A program made the translations under genes and the position numbers. This document shows positions 30,428-33,500 of a DNA stretch of 33,500 bases, piece by piece (the stretch's first letter is position 1; the number at the start of each line of letters is the position of its first letter). This DNA comes from Nemertoderma westbladi (lineage: Eukaryota; Animalia; Xenacoelomorpha). The DNA is taken from contig JAUCBJ010003623.1 in assembly GCA_032718475.1 (NCBI GenBank), positions 1 to 33,500 of the forward strand, read 5' to 3'. Under the pieces are notes generated by a model, which saw only the letters and a program-made list of their open reading frames with translations, was not told where the DNA came from and searched no databases.

Positions 30428-33400
30428 CCGGGTGTTCCATAATGATTGCCCCCCTCCCCCTGGCCAGCCAAAATTGCCCGACATGCACCTTAGTGTAATA
30501 TATCATTCGAAAGAGAATTTAATTCTGAGCTTGCATGCAAAAATTTAGGGTCCAATACAAAAGTATAACAATTTTATAGGCTATTATTTAAACCAGTCTA
30601 ATTTTTCAATACATATGATGGATTATTTCACTATAGAGTAGCATTTGTAGTTTAACGTAAAAACTTTCTAAAATCCGACGCCTTTTGATTAAATTACAGT
30701 AATGTAATATGCCTATTCATATTGGTACACATAAATCCTTAGGTGATTGCATTGGCTCAGTGGTCAGATGGTTAAGGCGTTGGTTACATTACAGATAGGT
30801 TAAGAGTTCGAATCCCAGTCGGGAAATTGGCATTTTTGGGATATTTGATCTAATTTGAAGAACCAATGAGGTGCGTACAACGTGTGGAACGATGAGTTGG
30901 GCCAATAATCATAGGGCATGGAACATCTTATTGCTCCAATGTGAGGCCATGGAATACTTTGGAAGGTTCTAGCGGATTCTATGTCCCGGATTTGCTATAA
31001 AAGGGCCGGTTAGCCTTCGGTTATCATATATATCTCTCTCATCACTCTTGTTAATTCACCTCACTTATTCCTTGTTAACTAATGTCATTGTTATCTCTAC
31101 TTGTTACTTATTTGCTATAAAAGTATTCAGGTTGATAAATTTTGTAAATTACGTAAATATACTGTAAACTTTTGAACATGTATATTTCCGATTGTCCACC
31201 ATTGGGACAGCCAAGCATTGGGAGGATGGCTGCCTAGACCGTTAGGCCGTCAGCAACGCAGGGAAGATGTCCACAACACGCTAGCGCCCACATTAGATTA
31301 GACCGCGCACCCCCTTCGCCCCTTCGAGATACTCCACCTTGCCATGCAGCGCCCGATTTCCGAGGAAGGTAAGACTTTGTTCGACGCCCTTGCCCGACGT
31401 AAGACCTATAGATCAGGGTAAGCGTGATGCCGTTCTGGGACGCCGCAAAATTTAGGATCAGATAGCTAGATTCAGTCAGGACCCCGTACTGCAAATCCCT
31501 GGCTATTGTCCGGCTACAGCAGCGCACTTTCATTCTTCCACTAAATTGTTAATGTAATTGTTAAAATGTGCAGTTTGAGATATCAGAAGGAAATATACTT
31601 GATTTGATTTGATTTGATTTGATTTTGGGTTAACCTGTATCTCTTACAGGTGTGAACTATTGCTGTTCGTCAGTACGCGAGTACATATTAGGTACAGACA
31701 GCATATGTTCCATAATTTAGTGATTCGCAATACTGACAGTTCGGTACCGGTTTGCTTTGTAGAATATACATTAGTACCCCCCCCCCCCCCCCCCCAGTCT
31801 GAACCTGAGTTATTTGAGCAGGCAAGGAGTATTTCTGCTACCGGCACTTCGCTTGGCCTAGGGAGGTTTATTAATATCCTACCGCGCCTAGCCACGTACT
31901 GATAGGTATTGCTGCTAACTACCGCGGCAACAAAATTCTAGAATCAAATTTGTATACCAGATCAGTTAACGTACGGTAGCAATTAACCCCTATTTCTTAT
32001 CTTACAACCAGAATCTGGTATTTGTGCCGATCACGGGTGTAGTTACTAACACCGTAATTGCCCGGTTGAGTTGTGGATAGGAAGGAGAGAGCTTTGACGT
32101 CATTTGTAAGTATAAAATTCTACAGAGCGCGACTAGCTTATTTTCGTAGCTAGCGCACGGTATTGTTTTGGCCAGAAAATCACTAAAACCTAGTACAATG
32201 GGATACACCAAAATTGTTTTATTGTAACACACCCACACACACACGCCCTAAAACATTGTACCCTTAGCGCCCTACTAGTTGTAGCTTACTTTAGGTTACC
32301 TTGATAGTAAGATTTATTCTACAGTTCTGCCATTTGCATTTGTAAATTTAGGATCTGATATTTAGTTACTGCAAAAAGGGAGTATTTATTTGTTAAACTG
32401 TTGTTTGACTGAGCAATAGTATTGTTACTTTAGGCACGACCCCCTTTAGACTGATTTAGTACGGTCAGTATTGTTACGCTAGGTCTGTTAACCCACTAGC
32501 TCGTATATAAACCATATAAATCACACCGCGGCAAGTTACGGTATTTAGGTCTGTCAGCGATAGTTAGGATTCGCTGCGCGGGGATTGTTTTCCCGTGAGT
32601 TTGGTCTGTCACCGTAACTGTACATCTGCCTCACCGGTTAGAGGACAGGTTTCCTTTTGTCTAGTTTGTAGGCTTTAGACCCGCTCACGTACATAGAATA
32701 GACACTAGGCTCTGTTCCTCGCCAGTAGTTGTTCGCGTATTTGTATCTGTTTGTTTAGATATCCTGGACTGGGATTTGTTGTCAGATACTGTACGAGCCC
32801 GTATACATTACTGGATCTTACGGTAAGATACATCGTTACTAGGATCTGGTAAGCGGTATACTACTGGACTTTACAATATATATATTTTTTAATATAATTT
32901 ATCCAGCGTTAGTCATCAGCTTTACAGCCATGTTTCCTATTTGAAGCACGGGGAGCTCCCGTGGATATTGACCCGAAGGATATTGACCCTAAAAGGGCCG
33001 TTTTTGTTTGAGTCCAGTTTGATTATGCCACAGAGTCCGATCCGGTCCACCATACGTTTTTCTTCAGAGTCATCGAAGATTGCACTGGAACTTGTCATTT
33101 TAATTACTTCTGTTAGGCCTAATTCAGTAAAATTACCAAATAAACACTAATACCGGTAACTGAATAATATTGTAATATAATACAGCAAAGGTCAGGCAGT
33201 AATAACTGTTTAAACAGGGCTGCAAATCTGATGACTAACGCTGGATAAATTATATATATTTTTTAATTGTCATTAAATCACAGATATTAAAAAGTAAGAT
33301 AGGTTTAAAGAATTGCCTATAAAATTTTTATACTTTTGTATTGGACCTACAATTTTTGCATGCAAGCTCAGAATAAATTCTCTTTCGAATGATATTATGA

Positions 33401-33488
33401 TTTTTTTTGATGTGTCTGGCAGTTTTGGTTGGCCAGGGGGGGGGGTGGGGGGGGGGGGGGGGGGGGGCAATCATTATGGAACACCCGG
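30428..33488. mobile_element. Non-autonomous Tc1/mariner-type element with ~175-190-bp TIRs
   Basis: TA|CCGGGTGTTCCATAATGATTGCCCC ... GGGGCAATCATTATGGAACACCCGG|TA; inverted match extends through ATCATTCGAAAGAGAATT...GCTTGCATGCAAAAATT...TTTTATAGGC; no transposase seen. Confidence 0.88.
30754..31030 (+). mobile_element. tRNA-derived SINE
   Basis: A-box TGGTCAGATGG and B-box GAGTTCGAATCC at tRNA spacing (30761-30814), no good cloverleaf; 3' boundary uncertain. Confidence 0.65.
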
Positions 33489-33500
33489 TACTACAGTAGT

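Noticed and set aside
30754-30826. Functional tRNA gene
   Set aside because: A and B boxes are present but acceptor and anticodon stems pair poorly; better explained as a SINE head.

Overview
Eukaryotic (probably invertebrate) DNA made almost entirely of nested transposable elements and tandem repeats; no host gene, rRNA, true tRNA or CRISPR array is supportable. In order: (1) a 5'-truncated BEL/Pao derivative whose single ORF joins Gag and protease in frame to small RNase H and integrase tail remnants; (2) a complete, young 7.7-kb BEL/Pao LTR element (3060-10761; 541-bp LTRs with 2 differences seen, GACCT target duplication) that lacks RT/RNase H/integrase, encodes Gag-protease with a putative membrane anchor, and carries an array of GNRA-capped hairpins; (3) a foldback-like element containing a MITE and a 5'-truncated CRE-like retrotransposon; (4) two copies of a Helentron/DINE-like element, both bounded by TGT; (5) a 90-bp array and a 4.9-kb 42-bp satellite with a 1057-bp higher-order repeat; (6) decayed RTE and RTEX-like LINE fragments, tRNA-derived SINEs, and a 3-kb TA-flanked Tc1/mariner-type non-autonomous element. 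Family names rest on motif recognition only; no database search or folding calculation was run.
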